A stretch of DNA of 32,000 bases from contig NZ_LWLG01000002.1 of NCBI RefSeq assembly GCF_001652585.1, positions 90,001 to 122,000 on the forward strand, written 5' to 3'. This stretch comes from Thermosulfurimonas dismutans (GTDB lineage Bacteria > Desulfobacterota > Thermodesulfobacteria > Thermodesulfobacteriales > Thermodesulfobacteriaceae). A model generated the notes under the pieces. That model was not told the origin of the DNA and ran no database searches. It saw only the letters and a program-made list of their open reading frames with translations. The position numbers and the translations under genes were made by a program. Shown here in pieces: positions 23,463 to 31,601 of the stretch (positions are counted from its first letter, which is position 1; the number at the start of each line of letters is the position of its first letter).

Positions 23463-23706
23463 TCTCCCATTCCCGAATAAGGTTTATTCCCTTTTCCGAA
23501 AGACCTAAGAGTAGAGTCCGATCCTTTACTTCCAACAGAATAAGCTGAGCCTTGAAGCCTAGAGGTCTGACGTCTTTTATCCGAATAGCCCCCTCTTTTG
23601 AGAAAGCCTGCATCCTTCCTCTTTTGAAAAAGTAAACCAAGAGAAGAAAACCTCCTAAAAGGAGGAAGGTAACCCCTAATACCTTGAAATAAACTTCCAG
23701 CCCCAT
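23446..23706 (-). CDS. fliO: Flagellar protein FliO/FliZ
   Basis: 86 aa with a single TM helix (VLGVTFLLLGGFLLLVYFF) and LILLEVKDRTLLLGLSEKGINLI. Conserved slot between fliN and fliP. Confidence 0.65.
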   Translation of the reverse strand: MGLEVYFKVLGVTFLLLGGFLLLVYFFKRGRMQAFSKEGAIRIKDVRPLGFKAQLILLEVKDRTLLLGLSEKGINLIREWENVKEA

Positions 23707-24219
23707 TTATTCCCCCAGCTTCTTGATCCTTTCCTGAGGACTGATGATCTCCGTGAGCCTCACCCCAAAACGTTCGTTTACCACCACCACTTCTCCTCGA
23801 GCCATGAGTTTTCCATTCACAAAAATCTCCACCGGTTCACCGGCCATCTTATTAAGTTCAATGATAGATCCTTGAGAAAGTTTTAAGAGATCGTTAATGA
23901 TCATCTTGGTCCGTCCAATCTCGACCGAAACTTCAAGTGGGATATCCAGAATGAATTCCAAATCCGGATGTGGGCCTTCCTTGGGGGCGGCCTCTTTAAA
24001 CTCTTCAAGCTTAGGAGACTCTACCATACCAGGTGTTTCCGGTTCCGGAGATGTTTCCGATGGCGATTCTTGGGTAATTTCAGAGACCGTCCCTTCCTCT
24101 ACAGTTTCTCCAGTGGCCCCGGCTTCCTTAAGAGCCTCCTCCCATTGGGCCATAATGTCTTCTTCGACCGTGGCCTGTGTGTCCTGACTTTCGGTCTGGT
24201 TTTCCTTGAGCTCTTCCAT
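23707..24219 (-). CDS. fliN: Flagellar motor switch protein FliN
   Basis: Acidic N-terminal region followed by a SpoA-type C-terminus: LDIPLEVSVEIGRTKMIINDLLKLSQGSIIELNKMAGEPVEIFVNGKLMARGEVVVVNERFGVRLTEI. Confidence 0.9.
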   Translation of the reverse strand: MEELKENQTESQDTQATVEEDIMAQWEEALKEAGATGETVEEGTVSEITQESPSETSPEPETPGMVESPKLEEFKEAAPKEGPHPDLEFILDIPLEVSVEIGRTKMIINDLLKLSQGSIIELNKMAGEPVEIFVNGKLMARGEVVVVNERFGVRLTEIISPQERIKKLGE

Positions 24220-24230
24220 ATCCCTGCCTC

Positions 24231-25208
24231 CTAACCCTCGGATTTCAGAAATTCTTTCACTCGCAAGGCCTTAAAACCTTTAAAAACCCCTAATTCGGCC
24301 TTAAACTTGGGAACATTTTCGATGGTAACGGGAAGAAGATCTTCTACTTTGGTGTCTAGGGTTATAATGTCCCCCGTCTCCAGAGAAAGGAGATCTCTTA
24401 TCTTGAGATCCGTCTTTCCGAGATAAACTTTTAAAGTAACTTCGGTCGAAAAAATCACCTCCTCAAGTTGTTTTCGCCAGTAAGGATCAACGGTCTCCTC
24501 CGCCTGGTAGGGTGAGTAAAGCTTGGTCTTTACAGGCTGGAGGGTTCCCAGGGAATAGCACAACGCCACCTTCCCCTGTAGCCCCTCCACATCCACGTCG
24601 AAATTGCAAACCACCACGGTTTCTTCTGGCTGAAGAACTCTCGCGAACTGAGGATTAACCTCTCCGCGCACATACTTGGCTTTAACGGGTTGAATGCCCT
24701 TCCAAGCCCGCTCGAGCTCCCGAAAGATGTGATCCACCACTCTCCGAATAAGCCTCTGTTCAATAGGAGTAAACTCCCGTCCCTCGACCTTGATGAACTT
24801 CCGCTCCCCTCCCCCGAGGAATCTTTCTACAAAGGCAAACACCAGCGGAGCATCGATTACCAAAAGGATCTGACCTCTAAGGGGTTCGAGCCTAAAGATG
24901 TGAATAGAAGTGGGCACCGGAATACGGTTGAGAAAATCCCTAAAACGCTCCATTTGAATGGGCTGGGTATTTACATCTACCATCTCCCGGAGCATGGTAG
25001 AAAAGCCCATACGAAGTCCCCTGGCTAGGTGTTCGTTTATGACCTCAAGGCCCGGAATCTTAAGCCGGGTAGAAATGGCGTAATTTTTGAAATCAAAGGG
25101 AACAACCTCTCCCTCGGAGGGCACCTCTTCGGGGGTAGTGTCTACCTCTCCCCCTTCAAGCCCAGCCAAAAGGGCATCTATTTCTTCTTGAGATAAGACC
25201 TTATCCAT
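24231..25208 (-). CDS. fliM: Flagellar motor switch protein FliM
   Basis: N-terminal CheY-P binding motif LSQEEIDALL, a FliM middle domain and a C-terminal SpoA-like domain (GDIITLDTKVEDLLPVTIENVPKFKAELG). Confidence 0.92.
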   Translation of the reverse strand: MDKVLSQEEIDALLAGLEGGEVDTTPEEVPSEGEVVPFDFKNYAISTRLKIPGLEVINEHLARGLRMGFSTMLREMVDVNTQPIQMERFRDFLNRIPVPTSIHIFRLEPLRGQILLVIDAPLVFAFVERFLGGGERKFIKVEGREFTPIEQRLIRRVVDHIFRELERAWKGIQPVKAKYVRGEVNPQFARVLQPEETVVVCNFDVDVEGLQGKVALCYSLGTLQPVKTKLYSPYQAEETVDPYWRKQLEEVIFSTEVTLKVYLGKTDLKIRDLLSLETGDIITLDTKVEDLLPVTIENVPKFKAELGVFKGFKALRVKEFLKSEG

Positions 25209-25210
25209 AA

Positions 25211-25684
25211 TTACTGCACCACAAACTGAGTAAAGTAAACTCCCCGGATCTTTCCGGGACCAAGGAGCTGGTTAAGCTTATTCATGATTTCAAACCGGAG
25301 TTCGGCCTTGCCCTCCGGAGCCAGAACCTCCTCTACGGTCTTGGAAGAGAGGACCAAAATGATAGTGTCGTTAATCTGGGGGATCCGATCGTTGGCCTCG
25401 CTTAGAGCTTTGTCGTCTTTGAGTTCCAGGGCAATCTTCACCCTCAAATACCTTCGGCCGGTGGGATCAGAAAGATTGACCACAAAAGGATTAAGTTGCA
25501 AAAAGGGGCCAACCTCCGGTTTGTCCGGCTCTACCGGTACCTGCTCTTCCTCTGGTGGAGGGCTGGATTTGGAGAAAAGGAGAAAATAAGCCGCAGCTCC
25601 GGCCCCTAACAAAAGCCCTACTCCAAGGATAATAAAAATCAAAAATTTTTTTCCTCCGCCCTTTTTTTCTTTTTCTTCAGCCAT
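25211..25684 (-). CDS. fliL: Flagellar basal-body-associated protein FliL
   Basis: 157 aa. Short K-rich N-terminus, TM helix FLIFIILGVGLLLGAGAAAYFLLF, then FVVNLSDPTGRRYLRVKIALEL...INDTIILVLSSK...GVYFTQFVVQ. GGAGG SD upstream. Confidence 0.85.
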   Translation of the reverse strand: MAEEKEKKGGGKKFLIFIILGVGLLLGAGAAAYFLLFSKSSPPPEEEQVPVEPDKPEVGPFLQLNPFVVNLSDPTGRRYLRVKIALELKDDKALSEANDRIPQINDTIILVLSSKTVEEVLAPEGKAELRFEIMNKLNQLLGPGKIRGVYFTQFVVQ

Positions 25685-25720
25685 CTTTATACCTCCTTCC
25701 GATTTTTTCTTTTTGCAATC

Positions 25721-25729
25721 ATCATACCA
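25721..25729 (-). promoter_or_regulatory. Candidate extended -10 promoter element (TGgTATGAT) upstream of fliL
   Basis: Minus strand ...TTTAAATGGTATGATGATTG..., 37 nt upstream of the fliL ATG. Only a weak -35 (TAAAGA/GTAAAG) at 16-17 nt. Pattern match only. Confidence 0.3.
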
Positions 25730-25792
25730 TTTAAAAGATAAGTCTTTACGTAGAATCCCAGGAAAGATACGTCAGGTTTATGACAGGAAGCG

Positions 25793-26260
25793 TCAAAATC
25801 GAACGCCCTCCCAAGCAAGAAGAAGCCTTTTCCATTCCCGGCCAGCTGAAAAACCTCCCAAACCGTTCTTGGCCACAATGCGATGACAGGGATAAAAAAG
25901 GGGCAAAGGATTGCAGGCTAGGGCTCTTCCTACCGCCCTAAGAGCTCTGGGAGAGCCTACTCTGTCGGCAAGCCAGCCATAGGTACGAACCTCTCCGCGA
26001 GGAATCTCTCTCAAGAGTTCAAGACACCGTCTGGTAAAATTCGGTACTTCAAGACGCAAGTTTTCAAAATCCGGATAATTCTTGGCCCCACTAAAATAGC
26101 CCTCAAGTTCAGCCCGTACTTTTTCCAGCCACCTTTTTTCCGCTTCTGGAACCGAAAAAGAGGGTCCCTGGCCTTTGAGGTCTAGAGCAACCAAAAAAGG
26201 TCCCTTGAAAAGCACGAAGAACTTAAAAGGGCCTATCTTTACAAAACCACCGGTGAACAT
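25793..26260 (-). CDS. ogt: Methylated-DNA-protein-cysteine methyltransferase (Ogt/MGMT)
   Basis: C-terminal IPRGEVRTYGWLADRVGSPRALRAVGRALACNPLPLFYPCHRIV, with PCHR as the active site. I take Met96 of track ORF 25793..26545 as the start (MFTGGFVKIG..., 155 aa). The upstream 95 codons overlap the macro-domain gene and look non-proteinaceous. My hand reading of the A/T run near 26275-26283 disagrees by one base with the track frame, so I followed the track; the start coordinate is uncertain by 1-2 nt. Confidence 0.85.
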   Translation of the reverse strand: MFTGGFVKIGPFKFFVLFKGPFLVALDLKGQGPSFSVPEAEKRWLEKVRAELEGYFSGAKNYPDFENLRLEVPNFTRRCLELLREIPRGEVRTYGWLADRVGSPRALRAVGRALACNPLPLFYPCHRIVAKNGLGGFSAGREWKRLLLAWEGVRF

Positions 26261-26296
26261 ATTAATTTTATAAAAGCTTTTGGCAGGAGGGGAAAC

Positions 26297-26863
26297 ATGG
26301 GAGTAAGGGTCCAAATTAACGGTAAAACTTTGGAATTGGTAATGGGGGACATCACGGAACAGGATACCGATGCTATCGTCAACGCTGCCAACGAGAGACT
26401 TATCCCCGGAGGAGGAGTAGACGGAGCCATCCACCGTAAGGGAGGCCCCTCCATCGCTGAAGAAGCTCGAAAGATAGGCCTGTGCCCCACCGGAAAGGCC
26501 GTAGTCACCGGAGCCGGTCATCTCAAAACCCGTTATGTGATCCATGCCGTAGGGCCAATCTACCGGGACGGTAAAAGCGGAGAACCTGAACTCCTGGCAA
26601 GCGCCTATCGCGAGGCTCTCACGCGTGCTGAAGAACTCAAGCTCAACTCCATAGCCTTTCCCTCACTTTCCACCGGAGCCTATGGTTATCCCTTGGAAGG
26701 GGCTGCTCCCATAGCCCTTAATACCATCCTCTCTTTCCTCAAAAATAGAGAATATCCACGCCTGGTGCGCATGGTCCTTTGGGGTGAGGCGGCCTTTTTG
26801 GCCTACCGTAAAGCCCTTGAAGAACTTGCCAAAAAGAATGGTCTTAACATAGAAGAGTTTTAA
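26297..26863 (+). CDS. Macro domain protein (MacroD/YmdB-like ADP-ribose or O-acetyl-ADP-ribose hydrolase)
   Basis: 188 aa. GDITEQDTDAIVNAANERLIPGGGVDGAIHRKGGPSI, HAVGPIY and AFPSLSTGAYGYP motifs. GGAGGGG SD upstream. Confidence 0.9.
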   Translation: MGVRVQINGKTLELVMGDITEQDTDAIVNAANERLIPGGGVDGAIHRKGGPSIAEEARKIGLCPTGKAVVTGAGHLKTRYVIHAVGPIYRDGKSGEPELLASAYREALTRAEELKLNSIAFPSLSTGAYGYPLEGAAPIALNTILSFLKNREYPRLVRMVLWGEAAFLAYRKALEELAKKNGLNIEEF

Positions 26864-27846
26864 AACCGCCTCCGGTAACCCAAAACCGCCATGAGTTCCT
26901 CAAAAAGCTTACGGAGACGGATAAAGGCCTCCTTGTCCCCTCCACGATCAGGGTGCAGTTCTTTAGCCCTGGCACGAAAAATGGAAAGTAATTCCTTACG
27001 GGAAAGTTTTTCCAAACTTTCTGGAGAAAATCCGAAATAACGAGCGGCTTCGACCAAAATTTCCCTGCGCAACCACTTTCCGTGTTGTCTTTCCTCAAAA
27101 AATTTCCTTTCGGCCTCGGTGTGATCGAAATATAATATCACATACCTAGAGAGGTACTCTCGCAAGACTTCGTCTTCAGAAAGCCCCATCCGATAGGTTT
27201 CATCTTGAGCCAGTCTGCAAATGGCTTCAAGAAAAAACCGATCTAGCTCTTCGATCAAACGAGCCTCAGGAATAAAACGGGTAAATCGTTCTGGGAAATA
27301 TTCCCAAAGGGCAAAGGCCGTATAGATGTAGGCTACCACTTCTTTGGGCCTCAAAACATCTTCTTTATCCCAAATCAGCTGTTCAATTTCATCCCGAGAT
27401 TTATGCCTGAGCTGGTTGAGAAAGGAAAGCGGCCTCTTGAGAAGGTTCTCTACATTGGTAGAACCGAACTTAAGAAAGAGAAGGCGTCTCTTATCGAAAG
27501 GATGGTACTTTTCCTGGAGCCTTAGCTGTTCCTTTCGAGGAAATTTGGGGGGTCTTCTCTGGCTTCGGTCAATATAAGGCCCTAAGGCCTCCTGGATCTC
27601 GGGTTTTACAAATCTAAAAAAGAGTTTCTCAAGCTCCCATTGATCGGTCTCTATTCCATGAGACTTGATGGCCTCTTCAAGACCTTCATCTATATAAAAG
27701 CTTTTTCCTCCGGGGTAGCGGATGTAAACCGACGGGTCCGGGCCAAGATCAATGAGATCCCACGATTTCCAAAAAGGCCCTTCTTTACGAGAAATTCTTA
27801 AAAAATACCGAAAACCGGAGGAAGTACGTTTACGCGCTAAATACAA
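26860..27846 (-). CDS. Hypothetical protein: uncharacterised ~260-aa N-terminal region plus a C-terminal J domain
   Basis: 328 aa. TTG start at 27846 with GGAG 5 nt upstream. The C-terminal LSRKELLSIFRARAKELHPDRGGDKEAFIRLRKLFEELMAVLG is a J domain with HPD (nt ~26863..27054). I recognise no motif in the N-terminal part. 4-nt tail-to-tail overlap with the macro gene. Confidence 0.8.
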   Translation of the reverse strand: MYLARKRTSSGFRYFLRISRKEGPFWKSWDLIDLGPDPSVYIRYPGGKSFYIDEGLEEAIKSHGIETDQWELEKLFFRFVKPEIQEALGPYIDRSQRRPPKFPRKEQLRLQEKYHPFDKRRLLFLKFGSTNVENLLKRPLSFLNQLRHKSRDEIEQLIWDKEDVLRPKEVVAYIYTAFALWEYFPERFTRFIPEARLIEELDRFFLEAICRLAQDETYRMGLSEDEVLREYLSRYVILYFDHTEAERKFFEERQHGKWLRREILVEAARYFGFSPESLEKLSRKELLSIFRARAKELHPDRGGDKEAFIRLRKLFEELMAVLGYRRRF

Positions 27847-27858
27847 ATTTACTCCAAC

Positions 27859-27879
27859 CGGGGGGCTTTAAGCCCCCCG
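27859..27879 (-). other. GC-only hairpin between the ferredoxin gene and the J-domain gene
   Basis: Minus-strand CGGGGGGC-UUAAA-GCCCCCCG (8-bp stem). It lies 7 nt after the ferredoxin stop and has no U-tract. It is followed directly by GUUGGAGUAAAUUUG, the SD and TTG of the next gene. More consistent with an intercistronic stabiliser or partial attenuator than a full terminator. Confidence 0.3.
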
Positions 27880-27886
27880 AAGGTAT

Positions 27887-28075
27887 TTACACCTCCTGAA
27901 CAGTAATAGAACCGGTGGGGCAAACCTCTACACAGGTCTCACACCCCAAGCAATCTTCCGGGCGAGCGATCACAGGTTTCCCGTCCTCACCCTCATCATA
28001 GACCTGGGCCGGGCAAGCGTTGATGCACTCCTGATCCGCATCACAGGTGTCGTAGTTGATGGTAATCTCGAACAT
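27887..28075 (-). CDS. Small 2x[4Fe-4S]-type ferredoxin
   Basis: 62 aa. Cysteine clusters CDADQECINACP and CLGCETCVEVCP. AAGGAGG SD. 15 nt downstream of dsrN. Confidence 0.85.
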   Translation of the reverse strand: MFEITINYDTCDADQECINACPAQVYDEGEDGKPVIARPEDCLGCETCVEVCPTGSITVQEV

Positions 28076-28090
28076 AGCGACCTCCTTATT

Positions 28091-29545
28091 TTAGATTTTT
28101 ACATCTGATTTTATAACCCCTCCCGAAGCGGAGAGGTCCTTCCCCAAACTCTTGGTATCCTGCCAGTCTTTCTCCGAGAGCACCCTACACATACCCGCAA
28201 GCCATGCAGGGGTACTAGCTACATGCACGTGAGTATAAGTGCCCAACGCCCTTTTGTAAAGCACCCCATCGCGCCGACCATCAAACCCGAAACCTCTCTC
28301 CACTTTAAAGCAAAACTTCAGCCGACTGTCATCCTTCACTATAGGTAGCGAATAATGAAACTCGTGTCCCTGTAGAACGGTTCCCGTTGGATAAAAAGGG
28401 TTTTGCTCATCTACTCTTACCACCGTATAGCCATGTCCCTGGGGACGTTCCTTGACCTCAAAATCTATAGGAAGCACTCCAGTCATGGGAAAGGTCTTAC
28501 CCTTCCAAATGATTTTTTCCCCTAGATACATAAGACCACCACATTCTGCATATACCGGTAGACCGTCCTCAACGGCCTCTTTGAGATCTTTCATGAAAGA
28601 GCGGTTTTCGGAAAGGGCTTCGGCCTGGGTTTCAGGAAAACCGCCACCGATATAGAGGGCCTGGATATCTGGAAGGCGGGATTCTTTCAAGGCATCTAAG
28701 AAAACAAGCTCCGCTCCCAAGGCTGAAAGAGCTTCAAGATTTTCGGGATAATAAAACTGAAAAGCCTTGTCTCGAAGGACACCGATTCTAACACCTTCTA
28801 GCTCGTGAGAGCTTATAAAAATCTCTTTCGGAGAAACTTCAAGAGGGGGCACTTGGTGTGCCAAATCTATTATTCTCGACACATCTACATTCTTCCTGAA
28901 GATTTCTTCCAATTTTGAGAAAAGGGACTCTTCCAAAGTGAATTCCTGCCAGGGTACCAGGCCGAGATGTCTTTCCGGGAAGAGTACTTTAATTCGAGGC
29001 AAGACTCCAAGAACCGGGATACCGGTATAATATTCGATAGAACGAGTAATAATGTTCTCATGGCGGGCCCGAGCCACCCGATTCAAAATCACCCCTTTAA
29101 TCTCCACCCCCTCCTCAAATTCTAGAAAACCTTTAAGAAGCGCCGCCATCGTGCGAGTGACCTTGGTGCAGTCCAAAACCAAAACAATCGGGGCCTTAAG
29201 TAGCCTAGCTAGCCGAGCTGTACTACAGGAGCCTTCAAGATCTACCCCGTCATATAGCCCACGATTCCCCTCTATGATCGCTACTTCGGATCCTTGAACC
29301 CCCCGGGAAAAAAGGGCCAAAATGGTCTCATCGTCCATCAGGAAGGGATCAAGGTTGCGACAGGGATATCCCGAAGCCCGGTAAAGCCAACCGGCATCGA
29401 TATAGTCCGGCCCCTTTTTGAAGGAAACGACCTTAAAACCTCGCTTCCTTAAGGCCGTCAATAGCCCTAGAGTAAAGAAGGTCTTCCCTGCTCCTCCTTT
29501 CTGGGCTGCGATAACTACTCTAGGAATTTGAAAACTGTAGGACAT
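28091..29545 (-). CDS. dsrN: Cobyrinic acid a,c-diamide synthase family amidase, DsrN-like (siroheme amidation) by context
   Basis: 484 aa. N-terminal P-loop AAQKGGAGKTFFTLGL and a C-terminal glutamine-amidotransferase-like domain (YAECGGLMYLG, GHEFHYS). It follows dsrP, as dsrN does in described dsr clusters. A CbiA/CobB assignment cannot be excluded without phylogeny. Confidence 0.75.
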   Translation of the reverse strand: MSYSFQIPRVVIAAQKGGAGKTFFTLGLLTALRKRGFKVVSFKKGPDYIDAGWLYRASGYPCRNLDPFLMDDETILALFSRGVQGSEVAIIEGNRGLYDGVDLEGSCSTARLARLLKAPIVLVLDCTKVTRTMAALLKGFLEFEEGVEIKGVILNRVARARHENIITRSIEYYTGIPVLGVLPRIKVLFPERHLGLVPWQEFTLEESLFSKLEEIFRKNVDVSRIIDLAHQVPPLEVSPKEIFISSHELEGVRIGVLRDKAFQFYYPENLEALSALGAELVFLDALKESRLPDIQALYIGGGFPETQAEALSENRSFMKDLKEAVEDGLPVYAECGGLMYLGEKIIWKGKTFPMTGVLPIDFEVKERPQGHGYTVVRVDEQNPFYPTGTVLQGHEFHYSLPIVKDDSRLKFCFKVERGFGFDGRRDGVLYKRALGTYTHVHVASTPAWLAGMCRVLSEKDWQDTKSLGKDLSASGGVIKSDVKI

Positions 29546-29582
29546 AGTTAATCCAACTCTATTATTAAATCTTCAAGATTGC

Positions 29583-29620
29583 AAAAATAAAAAAGCCCGG
29601 AGTTTCCTTATCTCCGGGCT
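29583..29620 (-). terminator. Rho-independent terminator downstream of dsrP
   Basis: Minus-strand AGCCCGGAG-AUAAGGAAA-CUCCGGGCU (9-bp stem) followed by UUUUUAUUUUU. It lies 31 nt after the dsrP stop. Confidence 0.8.
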
Positions 29621-29651
29621 TTGGGAAAAACTCCTTCATGTTTATTGAATA

Positions 29652-30806
29652 CTAAGCCCTAGCTTCCTTGACCGTAATTGCGATTTTAAATAAAACCGTC
29701 ATGATCAAGAAGCCCGTAGCCCAGATACCAATGGAAATGAGAAGCTCGGGGATAGTGGGTCTATAAGGAGTAATGGTCTCAAAGGGAGTAGGAGTAAAAC
29801 CTCCCGTAAGAAGGCCTATACCTTTGTCAATCCAGGCTCCGATAAAGAGAATCACACAAGCAAAAGCCAGAGTATTTATATTTTTACGGGTATGAGGAAT
29901 AACCAACAGGATAGCCGCTATCAACATGAACAACCAGGCCGTCCACATGAAAATGACCCATTCGTTATGGCCATGAAGCCCTTTAAAGAGATAAATAATA
30001 GGATACATGTGACCGGGAATATTACTATAGAAGGCGGTGAACAACTCACAAGCAAAGAGAAAGATATTGGCAAGCAGAGCATAGGTAATAATTTTACTCA
30101 GGGTATCAATAGCCTTTTGACCGGGATCGAACTTAGAAACCTTCTTCACAATAAGAAGGGCTAGCAGAAGGAGAGCCGGCCCAGAACAGAAGGCCGAAGC
30201 CAAAAATCGAGGTGCCATCACCGCTGTAAGCCAGAAGTGACGTCCAGGCAAACCGGCGTAAAGGAAGGCCGTTACCGTATGAATACTAAAGGCCCAAGGA
30301 ATGGAAAGATAAATAAAGGGTTTAACCCAGTTGGGATATTTGGTTCCTTTATATTCCCCATGTAGAGCCGCCCAGCCGCAAATCACATTTAAAGCCAAAT
30401 AGCCATTCAGAACAATCATGTCGTAAAAGAGCATAGAATTAGGAGTAGGATGCAGAAGAACGTTGAATAACCGGGGAGTTTGTCCGATATCCACTATAAT
30501 AAAAAGCAAACACATAATGACCGCGGCTATAGCCAGAAATTCTCCAAAAATTGTCAAAGGACCGAAAACTTTATGATTATGAAGATAATAGGGAAGAACC
30601 ACCATCACTCCCGAGGCTGCCACTCCCACCAAGAAGGTAAACTGAGCTACATAAAAGCCCCAGGAGACGTCCCGGCTCATACCGGTAATTCCCAAGCCGT
30701 ATTGAAGCTGCGCCAAAAAGGCCAAAAACCCTATCAAGATCAAAGTCCCTAGAAAGCCTAACCACAACCAGTATTTTCGACTCCCTTTTAAGGCCTTCTC
30801 AAACAT
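29652..30806 (-). CDS. dsrP: NrfD/PsrC-family integral membrane quinol-interacting subunit DsrP
   Basis: 384 aa with ~10 predicted TM helices. NrfD-like N-terminus (YWLWLGFLGTLILIGFLAFLAQLQYGLGITGMSRDVSWGFY). Gene order dsrJ-dsrO-dsrP. Confidence 0.8.
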   Translation of the reverse strand: MFEKALKGSRKYWLWLGFLGTLILIGFLAFLAQLQYGLGITGMSRDVSWGFYVAQFTFLVGVAASGVMVVLPYYLHNHKVFGPLTIFGEFLAIAAVIMCLLFIIVDIGQTPRLFNVLLHPTPNSMLFYDMIVLNGYLALNVICGWAALHGEYKGTKYPNWVKPFIYLSIPWAFSIHTVTAFLYAGLPGRHFWLTAVMAPRFLASAFCSGPALLLLALLIVKKVSKFDPGQKAIDTLSKIITYALLANIFLFACELFTAFYSNIPGHMYPIIYLFKGLHGHNEWVIFMWTAWLFMLIAAILLVIPHTRKNINTLAFACVILFIGAWIDKGIGLLTGGFTPTPFETITPYRPTIPELLISIGIWATGFLIMTVLFKIAITVKEARA

Positions 30807-30833
30807 ACCTCACCCCTCACCTTAAAAGTTTTT

Positions 30834-31601
30834 TTAACCTATGAGATAAAATATCGAGGGCTCCGTACCCAGTTCCGCTTTTCTCCGAATAGAAAAGCGT
30901 TCCTTCAGAATCCGTGAGATCTCGGAGTTTTCGTCCTCAAGGTCACCAAAAATTAGAGCTTTATGTTTACAGGCCTCCACACAGGCTGGAAGTTGCCCTT
31001 TCTCTAACCGCTCATAACAAAAGAGACACTTTTCTACTACACCCTTCATCCGGGTAGGAAATTCTGGATTAAATTCCTGAATGTACGGTCTGGGATCCAC
31101 CCAATTAAAACTACGAGCTCCGAAAGGACAGGCTGCCATACAGAACCGGCAACCGATACAACGGTGAAAGTCCATCATTACAATGCCATCCTCTCGCTTG
31201 AAGGTAGCCTTGGTAGGACAAACCCTCACACACGGAGGATGCTTACAGTGATTGCACAACAGGATAAAAGGCTTATGTTCAAAGACAATATTATTGAATT
31301 CATTGGGTTGCTCTGGAAAGACGTGTTCGAATTCATCTTTCCATATCCATTTTATCTCTTTCTTCTTTTCCGGAATCTCCGGAACATTATGGGCCGCGTG
31401 GCAGGCCTTTATACAATCGTTACATTCTGGATGCTCCCAACACTTTTTCATATCTATAGCCATACCCCAGCGCCTAGCCGTAAGAGCCCCTGGAGGAGGT
31501 GTATAGCTACGGGCCTTTACCTCGCGCAGGAGAAAACTAGGAACTCCCCCTGCAACCGCGGCCGAAATACCCGCCAGTTTAAGAAATTTCCTCCTTTTCA
31601 T
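30834..31601 (-). CDS. dsrO: Periplasmic 4Fe-4S ferredoxin-like subunit DsrO (Tat signal)
   Basis: Twin-arginine signal MKRRKFLKLAGISAAVAGG. Multiple Cys clusters (CIGCRFCMAACP, CNHCKHPPCVRVCP, CLFC...CVEAC). The start overlaps the dsrJ stop. Confidence 0.85.
   Translation of the reverse strand: MKRRKFLKLAGISAAVAGGVPSFLLREVKARSYTPPPGALTARRWGMAIDMKKCWEHPECNDCIKACHAAHNVPEIPEKKKEIKWIWKDEFEHVFPEQPNEFNNIVFEHKPFILLCNHCKHPPCVRVCPTKATFKREDGIVMMDFHRCIGCRFCMAACPFGARSFNWVDPRPYIQEFNPEFPTRMKGVVEKCLFCYERLEKGQLPACVEACKHKALIFGDLEDENSEISRILKERFSIRRKAELGTEPSIFYLIG

Noticed and set aside
25687-25878. 63-aa minus-strand ORF spanning the fliL upstream region and the ogt 3' end
   Set aside because: It overlaps ogt in another frame, has no motifs, and covers the likely fliL promoter and SD region.
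26261-26545. N-terminal 95-codon extension of the ogt ORF (track ORF 25793..26545) and ORF 26239..26508
   Set aside because: They overlap the well-supported macro-domain gene on the opposite strand and have a G/S/D-rich composition that is not protein-like. Ogt is complete from Met96 (155 aa, normal MGMT size).
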